Of a stretch of 64,000 nt of DNA, positions 1 to 11,603 are shown piece by piece. The notes below the pieces were generated by a model that was not told the DNA's origin, searched no databases, and was given only the letters and a program-made list of their open reading frames with translations. Every line of letters starts with the position of its first letter. Position 1 is the first letter of the stretch. Source of the DNA: Eledone cirrhosa (Eukaryota); NCBI GenBank assembly GCA_964016885.1, contig OZ024745.1:102982001-103046000 (forward strand), written 5' to 3'. Made by a program: the position numbers and the translations under genes.

Positions 1-859
1 TTAGTTTGCATAATCCATCCCTATATATTTCATTTTGGGCATGGTTTCTATAACTAGATCCAGTTTTTATCAGCAACCATTTTACAGACTATACTGATTG
101 TTTTTAATCACACTGCAAGTACAACGAGATCGTTCTCTACAAAAAGAGCTGAAGAATTTCTTCTACCTTGTATTAGTTCTTATTCGTAGTTACTGCTTTC
201 CTAGATGGGATGTAAGTTGCACACTTTTTACAACTATTGGCTACATATACAACTGTTTTAGCTGGTATGGCTGATACTTCTTAACTTTTGGTGACGGTGA
301 ATAAAAGCTTAGGAACCCAGAGGAGTTTAATTTATTAGTTTGCATTTATTAATCTCTTTATAACCACATCCACTAAAACCTTCATTCCCATTAAAAAAGA
401 ATTCAAGCATTTGTATTTATAGTTTAGTGAGTCTTTTCTCATGTAAGTTGCATGAAACACTAATAAATTAGTTATGTTTTGTACATTTTATATTTGATTA
501 ATTTGTTTGGGGCTTAATACTACAAGTATGATGTTCGAGAAGCCTTAATTTTGAGGTTCGGTTGTTGGTTTGTTCACACATCAAATCTGATGAAGCAGAA
601 GACCTCCTATGATTTAAAGCATTCCAGATATGACCAACCTGCCTTCTTATCAGCATCTAGGGCTACATTACTGCATATATCTCTTTCATTTTATAAGATA
701 ATAGTGAATGGGATTTGGCAGCTATTTCTAACAGGTCAAGTGACCACATAGATGTTCCATCATCATCTTGTCCACTACATTTAACAATATAGTGTTGAAA
801 AACTGTGACAAGACATGAATGTTGATGATGCCGTCATTAAATAGAGTTTATTATTATAT

Positions 860-1235
860 ATGAGAAGACTAGAAAGAAATGGAGCAAGTATGCTTTGATG
901 GATGTGTAATGTTAGTGTGCATGAATGACATAGCATTTTCTTTCAACTTGCTTATGCTAAGAACGACATAGCGTAAGCAAGCTGAGAGAAAAACTCAGCA
1001 TAAGCAGAATTGAATATAATGTGCATTGGTATAGACATGTGATGTATATAAAAGATGACAGCTGTATAAAGAGGTGGGAGAAAAATCACAGTGATATAGA
1101 ACTTGTGGGAGAGGCATGCCCCGGAAGATATGGGATGAGGTAGTGAGGGCTGATCTTAAGGAGTTGAACCTCACGACAGAGATGACAAAGGATTGCATGG
1201 GCTAGTGCTATGCTGTGTTGTTGAAGACCTGACCT
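860..1235 (+). mobile_element. Degraded RTE LINE 3' coding fragment
   Basis: Reads RRLERNGASML*WMCNVSV...GRGMPRKIWDEVVRADLKELNLT, homologous to the C-terminus of the intact RTE ORF; contains stops. Confidence 0.85.
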
Positions 1236-1599
1236 ATCCTCATATTGCCCTCACTAACACCTTTTAGTAGCCATTCCAATTATCACTACACCCTCACTCC
1301 ACTATGTCCCATACAGCCTTCCCACATCCCAATTGTAGCTATTCTTTGCATCCTTGTACATGTCACTGCTACCCTATTAGAGATTTCCACCCCTCCAAAA
1401 TTCTGACACCTCACACACACTTTGACACACAAGTTATAGCACCACCCCCAGTATCTGCTATCACCACATTACTTTCCATTCTGCCTGAAGTCTCCCTGCC
1501 CATGCACCATCCCTCATCCTGTCAAATCCCTCCACACTTGATACCTACCCATGACATATACCTCACCTGTGCTTAAAGAATAGAGAGAGCTCTTCAGTC

Positions 1600-2050
1600 G
1601 AGCCAGTGATGACAGCCTCTCTGGTGTCAATGCTATTATTAATGCATCTAGTACATTCTGTAAGGTGGTTGGTGATCGGACGACGAGCACCCAGCTGTAG
1701 AAACCATGCCCAAAATGGTCAAGAGGACTCTTTAGCTGTGTCATAGACGTGGAAACCTCCCTAATGTTGGTGGTCTGCATGATAAATGATCACTCAGTAC
1801 AGGAGTTGGTGATAGGAAAGGGTATCTAACCATAGAAAACCTGCCAAACAAAGACTCTTAATCTATGCCAAGGATATGAAAACTTCTCAAAGGTTGGTGC
1901 CCTGATGAAATGCACATAGTAGAGCATGGGATCCTATACCAGGCCCCCAACACCCTTGGAGGTCAGAGGTTCAACTTGAGCAGTGGCCACTCTATTGACA
2001 ACATGTTTTGCTAGCAGGGAAAACAAACATTAAACGATAATGATGATATC
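1600..2050 (+). mobile_element. Old RTE 3'UTR or RTE-tailed SINE remnants
   Basis: Degenerate GTGGTTGGTG...CCAGCTGTAGAAA motif twice; ends in TAAACGATAATGATGAT. Confidence 0.6.
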
Positions 2051-2730
2051 ATATCCCCTAAACTTAATGACTTTCCAATATTAGATTTTGTTGTCTAAAT
2101 TCTTATTTAATTAAATGTCTATTTATAACTATATTAATTCAAATAATTCCAAATACTATTTTAGAAAGAAAAAATCAACAATAAATTCATTTTTATTAAA
2201 GAATGGAATGAAAATAAACGTTATGGTGCATGCAGAATATAATTTACATTTTTATACAATTTTTTTCCTTTTAGTTTCCCATCTCTGAAATCCATCAGCT
2301 ACAATAATTAATTTTTTAATTAGCTTATTGTTTTAATTATTAGTAGAACAAAAACAAAACCTCATTTACTTCAACACATTTCTACTAAATGTAATTTCAA
2401 ATAATTTTTCTATTCCTTATGTTTATTCTGTTGTTAAACTAATTCTTGAATAGAATCAAAGTGAGCATTTAGTAAAATAAAACTTGGATAAATTTTAGGT
2501 TTCAGCATGTATTGGTTTATACACACACACATTCATGCACACACATACACAATGATCATCATCATTATTACTGTAAGGATTCCTTGCCCTATAGTTGAGT
2601 GTATATTTGCTACCAGTAATAGTGAAGCTATTACTGGTAGCAAATATACACTCAACTTTTCTTAAGTTGAGATTGTTAAGTTGAATAATGGTTTTATTGG
2701 TCTTAAATAGTAACATCTCATCATTATATA

Positions 2731-2882
2731 TGAACTGGCGCCAGACAGTTGAGAGGGACCTGCGAGCGACAAACAGACAATAGCGGGACGCTGTGCAACT
2801 GGCTGCTGACCGAACGCGGTGAAACACTATGATTGCCTCATGCGTCGCAAGACACGGGAGCTTCTGAGTCTGAGTCTGAGTG
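2731..2882 (+). mobile_element. Short 5'-truncated RTE-like LINE 3' end with (TCTGAG)n tail
   Basis: Reads NWRQTVERDL...LAADRTR*..IASCVARHGS, followed by tctgagtctgagtctgag. Confidence 0.7.
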
Positions 2883-3056
2883 TGTGAGTCTGTGTGTATG
2901 TGAGTGAGTGTGTGTGTGTGTGTCTGTAATTTCAATTATTTTCCCGCATCTTAGAAATTTATTTCCTCAGTACTTCGCAAGTTCAAAAATTCAAGCTTCA
3001 AACACAACATTTGTTTACATTTTTGATTGCTCTTTGATTCAGCTCCTTAATATAGA

Positions 3057-4048
3057 CATCATCATCATCATCATCATCGTTTAACGTACATCTTCCACGC
3101 TTGCATGGGTTTGGACGGGAGTTTTCCCACATGAGGCATGATTTGTTGTCCTGCTCGTATAGGACTGTCTGGCGTGTTTTCTACGGCTGGATGCCCTTCC
3201 TAACACCAACCACGTTTACAGTGTGGACTGGGAGGTTTTTACCGTGTTACCTACACGGCCACATTACAGCGTGGACTGTGTGTTTTTTTTTGTCGTGACA
3301 CCTACACGACCTCATTTATTTAGGACTGGATGTTGTGGTACCAACATAACTTCACATTTAAGGGGGTGGTGTGGATGGGGTGGGGGTAGTGGGAAGCGGG
3401 TGTATTTTGTTAGAGGTGCCTACTGACTGTAGGTTTCGCTTTGTACTTAGGCAAGGCGGGTCTTCTGTATGACTGTGTAGCGCCAAAGATCTCGGTCCAG
3501 TGACATTGTCTTGGAGAGGTGTAAGTGTGTGAGGTCGGAATTTATCAAGTCGTCCCAGGTTTTTCTGGGTTTGCCTACTCCGTGGCTACCGTCTATTTTT
3601 ATCGCCCTGCACTTTTTTATACAGCTGTCATCTTTCATGCGCATCACGTGACCGTACCAACGTAGTCTTCTCTCGAGTAAACAACATCTGATCCCTCTTA
3701 TTCCTAATTTCTCCCTTAGTTTGTTTATGCTTTGCCGTTCACGTATATTACTATTACACATCCAGCGGAGCATGCAAGCTTCGTTTCTCTCCAGTCTGCG
3801 TATATCCTCTGCACACAATGCCCAGGTCTCACTGCCATGTAACATTGCTGTTCGTATGCAGGCATTATACAGCCTGCCTTTTATTTTTAGGGAGAACCCT
3901 TTTAGCGGCCAATAGTGGTATAAGCTCTCTGAACTTTTTCCATCCTGTTCTGAATCTAGCTACTGTACTTCAGAGCACCCTCCCCCAATGCTGATTTTGT
4001 CACCCAGGTAACGGAAGGTGTCCACTATTTCTATAGAACCATCAGCAA
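3057..4048 (-). mobile_element. 5'-truncated RTE copy (subfamily A, same as the intact element)
   Basis: ORF 3447-3845 nearly identical to the C-terminus of 44859-48146; shared 3'UTR; (CAT)n on + at 3057-3078. Confidence 0.95.
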
Positions 4049-4059
4049 GATATTATTAT

Positions 4060-4215
4060 GAGCCCCTTAGCTCAATGATGAGAGCACCTAGTTGGTATCT
4101 GGGAGATACAGAGTTTGATTCTTTGTAGCAGATACTGGCAAGATTTTTTTCCATATTTAGAGATCTCTACCTGATTTTTAGAAGCTATTTCTATAGCAAC
4201 TGACTGTAATTATAG
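4060..4215 (+). mobile_element. tRNA-headed SINE-like element (homolog at 27.3 kb)
   Basis: TAGCTCAATGATGAGAGC (A box-like) and GAGTTTGATTC (B box-like); tail similar to 27376-27470. Confidence 0.6.
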
Positions 4216-4316
4216 TTATTTTCTGTACCTGAACACTGAACATCCCAAATCCTCTTATACATATATTTCGTCAGTGCTTTGTAAGTTTGATAATTTGAGC
4301 TTCACACATGACACGT

Positions 4317-4372
<56 letters not shown>

Positions 4373-4504
4373 TATAATATAGACACTCTGGTTGATACCT
4401 TATCGATGACATTTTAAGGAATACAAATTGTAGTGTTTTATGTCTGTTTACAACAAAAGTTGGTGAATTATTTGATCAACCAACTTTTCTAAATTGAATA
4501 GTAT

Positions 4505-5669
4505 ATCATCCTCATCATCATCACCATTTTATATGTCTGTTCTTCCACGCTAGCATGGGTTAGACGGGTTGTCCTGTTGTGGGCAGTGTCCGGTCGGCTG
4601 ACCTTGTCTTGCTCATACAGGAACTGATTCTGGCTTGATTTCTACAGCTGGATGCCCTTCCTAACACCAACCTCATTTACAGTGAGTGCTGGGTGCTTTT
4701 TTCCGTGGGGCCTAAACGTCCACTTTACAGTGTGGGCTGGGTGCTTTTGTGCTGTGGCACCTCCACGACCACTATGCAGTGGGAGGATGTGGGGCATATT
4801 GTCTATATGCTTCAGCTTCGGCTTGTACTCATGGGGGGTCGTGTCTTCTGTATTATTGCGTGACTCCGGAGGTCACGGTCGTGTGTCATCACCTTTGAGA
4901 GGTGTAATTGGGTAAGGACGCTTTTATCACCTCATCCCAGGTCTTCTTGGGTCTCCCTACTCCGCGGTTTCCATCGACTTCTAGTGCTCTGCACCTTTTT
5001 ATGCAGCTGTCATCCTTCATACGCATCACATGGCCATACCAACGCAACTGCCTCTCCTGCACACAGCATTTGATTCCTCTTATGCTCAGTCTCTCTCTCA
5101 ATTCATTTATGCTTAGCCGTTCACATATATTACTATTACACATCCATCGGAGCATTCAGGCTTCGTTTCTTTCTAATCTATGCAAGTTTTCCACAGACAG
5201 CGCTCAGGTCTCATTACCATGTAACATTGCTGTTTGTATACACGTATCATACAATCTGCCTTTCATTTTGAGGGAAAAGCCTTTTGCAGCTAGCAGTGGC
5301 AGTAGCTCCCTGAACTTCTTCCATCCCATTCTTACCCTAGTTATTGTAATTTCTGAACTCCCACCTCCGCTGCTAATTCGGTCACCTAGGTAGCAGAAGC
5401 TGTCTACTGTTTCTACAGAGCCCTCCCAGAGTTTGGTGGTGCTTGTTTCCTGTGGCTGTTTGCTGCTTGCTGTCCCAGTGCAGCTGCTACATGTGAAGCC
5501 TACATTCTTAGTTAAGCTTCCTGAGATCCCGCTACATCTCTTGTTTACCCATTATTTGCATTTGAGGCAGAGAATGGAGTTCCTACTTACACCTTTCCTA
5601 CATACTGAGCAAGGCCATTTCCCTGAGGGGATCTGAGTTCTGTTTTCTTGTCTACTTACAAGGACCTTA
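4505..5669 (-). mobile_element. 5'-truncated RTE copy (subfamily C)
   Basis: ORF 4889-5155 (MLRWMCNSN...GRPKKTWDEVI); PHD-like segment upstream; (CAT)n tail. Confidence 0.95.
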
Positions 5670-5689
5670 GTATATATATATATATGGTA

Positions 5690-5970
5690 TGGTCCTGTAA
5701 CTCATGATAGAGTTGTAAGGGCACCTCATTGACATGCAGTGTTTCTTGGGCATTTTGAGCCTGGCAAAGCCCATCCCTCTCCAGGCCTGAGTGCAGCAAA
5801 TTTCTTCCAGAGAGAGGAAGAATCGCCCCTAATACTAGACTTGTACTTGTTTTATCAACCTCGAAAGGATGAAAGGCAAAGTTAACCTCGGCGGATTTGA
5901 ACTCAGAGAGCAGAGAACCAGAGTGAATACCATAAAGCCTTCTATCGGACATTCTAATGACTCCCTGCCA
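5690..5970 (-). mobile_element. tRNA-derived SINE with Meta-like central domain, long-tail variant (sister copy about 56760-57027)
   Basis: Minus strand GAGTTCAAATCC B box, then GCCTTTCATCCTTTCGAGGTTGATAAAA. Confidence 0.75.
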
Positions 5971-5977
5971 TATATAT

Positions 5978-6229
5978 TTCCTTGAGCAAGACACTTTATT
6001 TCACATTGCTCCAGTTTACTCAGCTGTAGAAATGAGATGATAGGGACCTCAGTCCCTATCATTCCACTACAAAGTAGTCGAGGAGGTGTCCATGGAAAAA
6101 AAGCACCCACCACTCACTGTAAATGAGGTTGGTGTTAGGAAGGGCATCCAGCTGTAGAAATCAAGCCAGAATCAGTTCCCGTCCCACCCTTGCAAGCAGG
6201 GAAAAGCGGACATAAAATGATGATGATGA
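5978..6229 (+). mobile_element. 5'-truncated CORE-like SINE with RTE-derived tail
   Basis: CCTTGAGCAAGACACTT core, RTE 3'UTR segment, (GAT)n tail. Confidence 0.85.
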
Positions 6230-6311
6230 TATATATACACATACACATACTTATGCAAGCATGGAAAAATAGACATAAAAATGACAATGTAATGATGATG
6301 ATGATATATAT

Positions 6312-6353
<42 letters not shown>

Positions 6354-6809
6354 GTATGTGTATTAGTGTCCCATGTTATTGTGCTTTGGTAAACTTTTAG
6401 TGAACAAAGTGTGTGCATTGTTTAACTTCTGGTTTAGATTCATTCACCTTTCCTAACTGTATATCCCTCCCTATTCTTCAATGACACTAGAGTCTTTGTC
6501 AATACTTCCCTTTTCCGGTCTTTTTTTCTTTTTCTCTTTTTCTTCATATTTTCCTATTTTAATTCCATTCTTCTCAATCTAAATTTTGTTTTTTTCTTTT
6601 TTCTATTAAACTGTAGTTTCTGTTGCATTTGATGAAGATTTACATCAATGTTTCCTGTTTTGTATGTTTTGTCCTATATTGGGAAATCTAGTTATTAAAT
6701 TTGAAATGTGAAGAACTCTTTGAAAATATTTATACTAACTATATTATTTTCTTTCATTATACCTTAAGATTTAACTTTGTGGAAATTGATTCTTTTCGTG
6801 TTTATTTAA

Positions 6810-7300
6810 TAATTGTTTCTACTTTTGGCACAAGGCCAGTAATTACCCAGTGCATTACTGGTACTTTATTTTATCGACCCCGTAAGGATGAAAGGCAAAG
6901 TTAACCTCGGCGGGATTTGTACTCTGAATGGCAAGGGGCGTAACTCTATGCATCAAAGCATGGCGTCCGACCCTCTACCGATACTGCCAATCCACAATAC
7001 AATGGTTAAAGAACATTAGTCCAGTCCCCTTTTTTTGCAAGAACCCTCTGATACGTCCTGAATATCTGAGGCTGCAGGTAGCGGCTTGATGTTCATTTGA
7101 ACAAACTTTCCACTTAAATGACATCAATGACTGAAACTCCAAGAAAATAATAGTAATAATTATGTTTCTACTTTTGCCACAAGGCCAATGCATTACTGGT
7201 GTTTTATTTTCATTGACCCCGTACAGATGAAAAGCAAAGCTAACCTCCGCGGGATTTGAACTCAGAACGTAAAGGGCCATAACTGATACTGCCAAACCAC
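6810..7300 (-). mobile_element. Two Meta-like tRNA SINE copies (about 6810-6993 and 7160-7300)
   Basis: Reverse complement matches the young SINE at 9235-9424. Confidence 0.85.
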
Positions 7301-8330
7301 CAATAATAATAATAAACATTTCATTTTTAACAAACGTTTTTGAATGTGAACAGTGTATAATGCAGAAAGGGGTCGATACTTATGGACTCCATTGTCCTGA
7401 ATTTGTGACATATTAAAGTCACCTATCGTCATATGATGAACTATATATATATATTTCCTTAGTGTTCACAATATTCTATTATTTTGTACAACATACTTCA
7501 CCTGAAAATAAAACCAACCCCAAATGAATATGCCTGAGTAAATATCTGTGAATAAATCTAAAACATTGATAATCATTCATGCATAAAGACTAACATAAAT
7601 TTTAATCTTATTCAGTTGTTGAGTTGCTTTGACATTTTTAATTAAAAAGTAATTAATGTCTTGATTGAATTTGTGGATGATTTCCATAGTCTTTGTTAGA
7701 ATTGCGCAATATGTTTTGTTTTTGTTGCATTTTTAATTAACATTTTTCTTATATTTCTGACTTTAAAACATATTATTCAGTTAGTCATAAGCTTCATTAA
7801 CCTGTTATTCTTTTATTTAATTACATTTCAGATGTAAAGTTATTCCTCTCATTGCAAGTCATTTTTCACATGTGAATTGTTATAAGCTAGCAATATATAA
7901 TTCTCAGCTTACTTTATCTCTGAAATAATGTTGTTACAATTGTTCTAGTGTAAATAACATACACCTTCAGTAAAAAAACCTTTGTATATAAGAGGGTTTA
8001 GTTTTTTGTTTAGTTTAGTTTTTGTTTTGGCTTTTTTTTTTGTCTTTGCATTTGTTCTGTAACTCTTACTCATGTAAGAAATATGCAGAGGAACAAGCCC
8101 AGTCCCTTTCTTAACTGAAGGGATGGGTTGAATTGGATGGTATAGTTAAGTTGAGTTCAAACTTCAATATCTGCCTGGTTTGACGTAATTGATGAGATTA
8201 TTCTCAGTTCAAACAAATACAAAATATTTTAGTAGTTTACAATGGTTTTATGTATTTAGTTTCAATGTCATTCTCAGGTATGAAAGTTTAGGACAAAATA
8301 CCTTGTGGTATTTGTACTGGCTATTTATAC

Positions 8331-8535
8331 ATTTAGCATTTAAACTGGTTGTATCCAGCCAGAATTCTCTCACCTCTTTCTGTTCAAACTGGCCATAACC
8401 AGCCACTCATGTTATGTTAAGGTATTGTTCCCAAATCAAATAATATCAAAATCTTGTATATTCCATATTATGAGAGATAAAGTGTTTACTATGAAAATAC
8501 AATAGTAAATATAGAGTAATGTAAATGCCAAAGGG
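8331..8535. mobile_element. piggyBac-type MITE, left end degraded
   Basis: Homologous along its length to 58588-58782; ends AATGCCAAAGGG-TTAA. Confidence 0.7.
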
Positions 8536-9234
8536 TTAAATCTTACCAAGGTCAACTTTCTAGGGGCAATAAAATAAAGTACCAGTCAAGTATTGGGGTT
8601 GATATTATCAACTTTCTCCTTCTCCAAAATTGATTGGCAAAATTATTAGATTAAACTCATGCTAGCGTGAAAGAACGGACGTAAAATGGTGATGATGATG
8701 TCAAAGAAAATGCTTTGCAGCATTTAATTACAATCCTTTATGTTCAAATGATGCCAGGATCAATTTTTCCTTTCATCTTTTTAGGGATCTATAAAATAAA
8801 GTACCAGTTGAGTACTGATGTCAATATAACCGACTTTTCCTTCTCCTCCTTACCAAACTGTTGTTCTTATGTCTAAATTAATTTCTTATTTTTTAAATAT
8901 TGATTTCTGATTTTCCTTATGCCTAGTTGGTAGAGCATCTGACAAATTGCTTTCCAAGTATTTAATTATGGCTCGTTACATTCTGAGATCAACTCCAGCC
9001 GAGGTCATCCTCCCAGAGTCGATATAATAAAGTACCAGTAACATACTGGGGTCGATTTAATCAACTTTCCCCTTCCCTTCAAATTCCTGGGTTTGTGTCA
9101 AAAGTAGAAATAATTATTAATATTAGGATTTTCATTATCATCAACATAACAAAGGTACTAATTATGAGAGTTGAAAATTGCTTCTTACTACAGCTAACGC
9201 TTCATTATAAATATATATATAAATATATATATAA

Positions 9235-9424
9235 GGGCGGTGGATTGGCAGTATCGGTGGAGGGTCGGATGCCATGCTTTCCAGCATAGTTACGTCCCTT
9301 TACGATCTGAGTTCAAATCCCGCCGAGGTTGACTTTGCCTTTCATCCTTACAGGGTCGATAAAATAAAGTACCAGTAATGCACTGGGTAATTGCTGGCCT
9401 TGTGCCTAAAGTAGAAACAATTAT
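9235..9424 (+). mobile_element. Young full-length tRNA-derived SINE (Meta-like domain)
   Basis: TGGCAGTATCGG A box, GAGTTCAAATCC B box; near-identical to 28301-28487 and 54135-54321. Confidence 0.9.
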
Positions 9425-9533
9425 AAATATATATATATAAAACAAAGAAGGTGTATTAAGATACCAGGTGGACCATAACGCACCAGAGTACTTGATACTT
9501 AGGGAAGTAGAGTGGGTAATATGAAAAGAGTCT

Positions 9534-9576
<43 letters not shown>

Positions 9577-9781
9577 ATGTATTTCCGTAGAAAAAGTAAA
9601 GGAAAGAAGAGTGCTCTATAATGGAATAATTATATTGTTGTTTATTATGTAATTAAATATATATACTTATATATATAAATGAAGTATTTCCGTCGGAAAA
9701 GTACAGGAAAAAAGAGTGCTCTATGTAGGCTACAGAGCTTATTAGTCATGTAATAAACAACATAAGATAATTATTTCATTT

Positions 9782-10068
9782 ATGGAGGCACATGGTTTAG
9801 TGGTTAGAGCATTGGCCTTGCAATCGAAAGGTTGTGAGTTCAATTCTCAGACCGGGTGATGTGTTGTTTCCTTGAGCAAGACACTTTATTTCACATTGCT
9901 CCAGTTTACTCAGCTGTAGAAATGAGATGATAGGGACTGGGCTCCCTATCGTTCCACTGCAAAGTGGTCGTGGAGGTGCCACGGCAAAAAAGCACCCAGC
10001 ACTCACTGTCAATGAGGTTGGTGTTAGGAAGGGCATCCAGCTGTAGAAATCAAGCCAGGATCAGTTCC
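9782..10068 (+). mobile_element. tRNA-headed CORE-like SINE lacking its terminal tail
   Basis: TGGTTTAGTGG and GAGTTCAATTC boxes, CCTTGAGCAAG core, RTE 3'UTR segment ending abruptly. Confidence 0.9.
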
Positions 10069-10840
10069 ATATTCTAGTAAGTATATAATCTATCTGGCTG
10101 GCATGTTCCCCTGATCTATAAGTGATCAAGTGGTTTTCACATTTTTTGAAGTTTGTGTTATAGATAGTCAGGTTATTGGTGTCACAGAATTCCAGGATTC
10201 TGAAGCCTTCCTCATTTCTATTTCCGACCCCATAGCCTCCATGGATTCCATCATAGCCATCACTATGTTGTCCAACATGGCCGTTTAGATCGCCAGCAAT
10301 AATTAAGTAGTCGTTGTCGGTTATTTGGGAGGTAGTGTGCATTAGCGTCTCATAGAACCTGTCCTTTATAAAGTCAGGTAGACCAGATTGGAGTGCATAA
10401 CCGGATATTATTGTCACAGTAGTTCTATTTAGAACTAGCCTTATTTTAATTATTCTGTCATTTACTCTATTTACGTCAATTACCTTATCTACCCATTTTT
10501 CTGCTAACATAATTCCTACACCACCCTGTCCATTGTCATTTCCCACCCAGAAAAGTTTATAGCATCGTTTTTTGCCCACAATGAATCTGGCAGACCCACC
10601 TCTCCACTTAGTCTCTTGAATACAACAAACATCAACTTCTTTACGTTCAAGCATCTCTACAACCTCATTTGAGCGACCTTTCAATGTGCCTATGTTCATG
10701 GTACCAACTCTGAAGTTTGGGGGGTGGCATGGATGGGTTGGAAGTGCAGGGAGGGGTGTGGGAGACAAAATTATGTTGGTCATTCATGTCTGAAATAGAG
10801 AGGGGTCCTTGTATTCTCGTCCTGCAGCGGGAGGTGAATT
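10069..10840 (-). mobile_element. RTE 5' fragment: APE endonuclease domain only
   Basis: ORF 10061-10783 with GTMNIGTL, CIQET, GDLN and IDYIL; close to the N-terminus of the intact element. Confidence 0.93.
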
Positions 10841-10994
10841 ATATATATATATTTTTTTTATTTTTTCTTATTTATTTATTTAGTTATTTCTGCTTCTAAA
10901 CTAATTCCCAATGACTTGTACATATTGATATGTGCATATGCATGTATATATGTATATGTATGTATGTCATCATCATCATCATCATCATCATGTG

Positions 10995-11069
<75 letters not shown>

Positions 11070-11146
11070 ATGTATGTGTGTGTATATATATATATGTATA
11101 TATGTGTGTGTGTGTATGCTTGTATTTATGTGTGTGTGTATATATT

Positions 11147-11183
<37 letters not shown>

Positions 11184-11271
11184 ATGTGTATATACACGTG
11201 CGCGTGTGTATAGAGCTTTTTCTTTGGAAAGTATATACTTTCAAACATTCAATCATCTGACAGGAAGGTAT

Positions 11272-11314
11272 ACGATGCTGACGATAGCTAATAAGCTTGA
11301 AACTAGTTCATCGT
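11272..11314 (+). ncRNA. Minimal type I hammerhead ribozyme, intact core
   Basis: ACGAUG-CUGACGA-U-AGCU-AAUA-AGCU-U-GAAA-CUAG-UU-CAUCGU; 6-bp stem I, extendable to about 11249-11332. Confidence 0.85.
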
Positions 11315-11603
11315 TCCTTTGTCAGTATTGAACAAAAGGGTGACGATGGTTGCCGAACAATGTACGGCTTAATTTGGGCTGTTTGTTTACAAACAAACCG
11401 TACATTATAATAAATGTTTGGTAAACCCATACGTACATATATATATGTGTGCATGTATGGATATATATATACCTACTACTGTACGTCTGTATACATATAT
11501 GTATGTACGTATACATACTTACATTTAAGTATCAGCCGTACTAAGAGTGAGAAATGAAATTCCATTTCATTCTTTTCCATTATATATATATATATATATA
11601 TAT

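Noticed and set aside
9782-9855. tRNA gene-like sequences
   Set aside because: They are SINE heads joined to conserved SINE bodies and present in many copies
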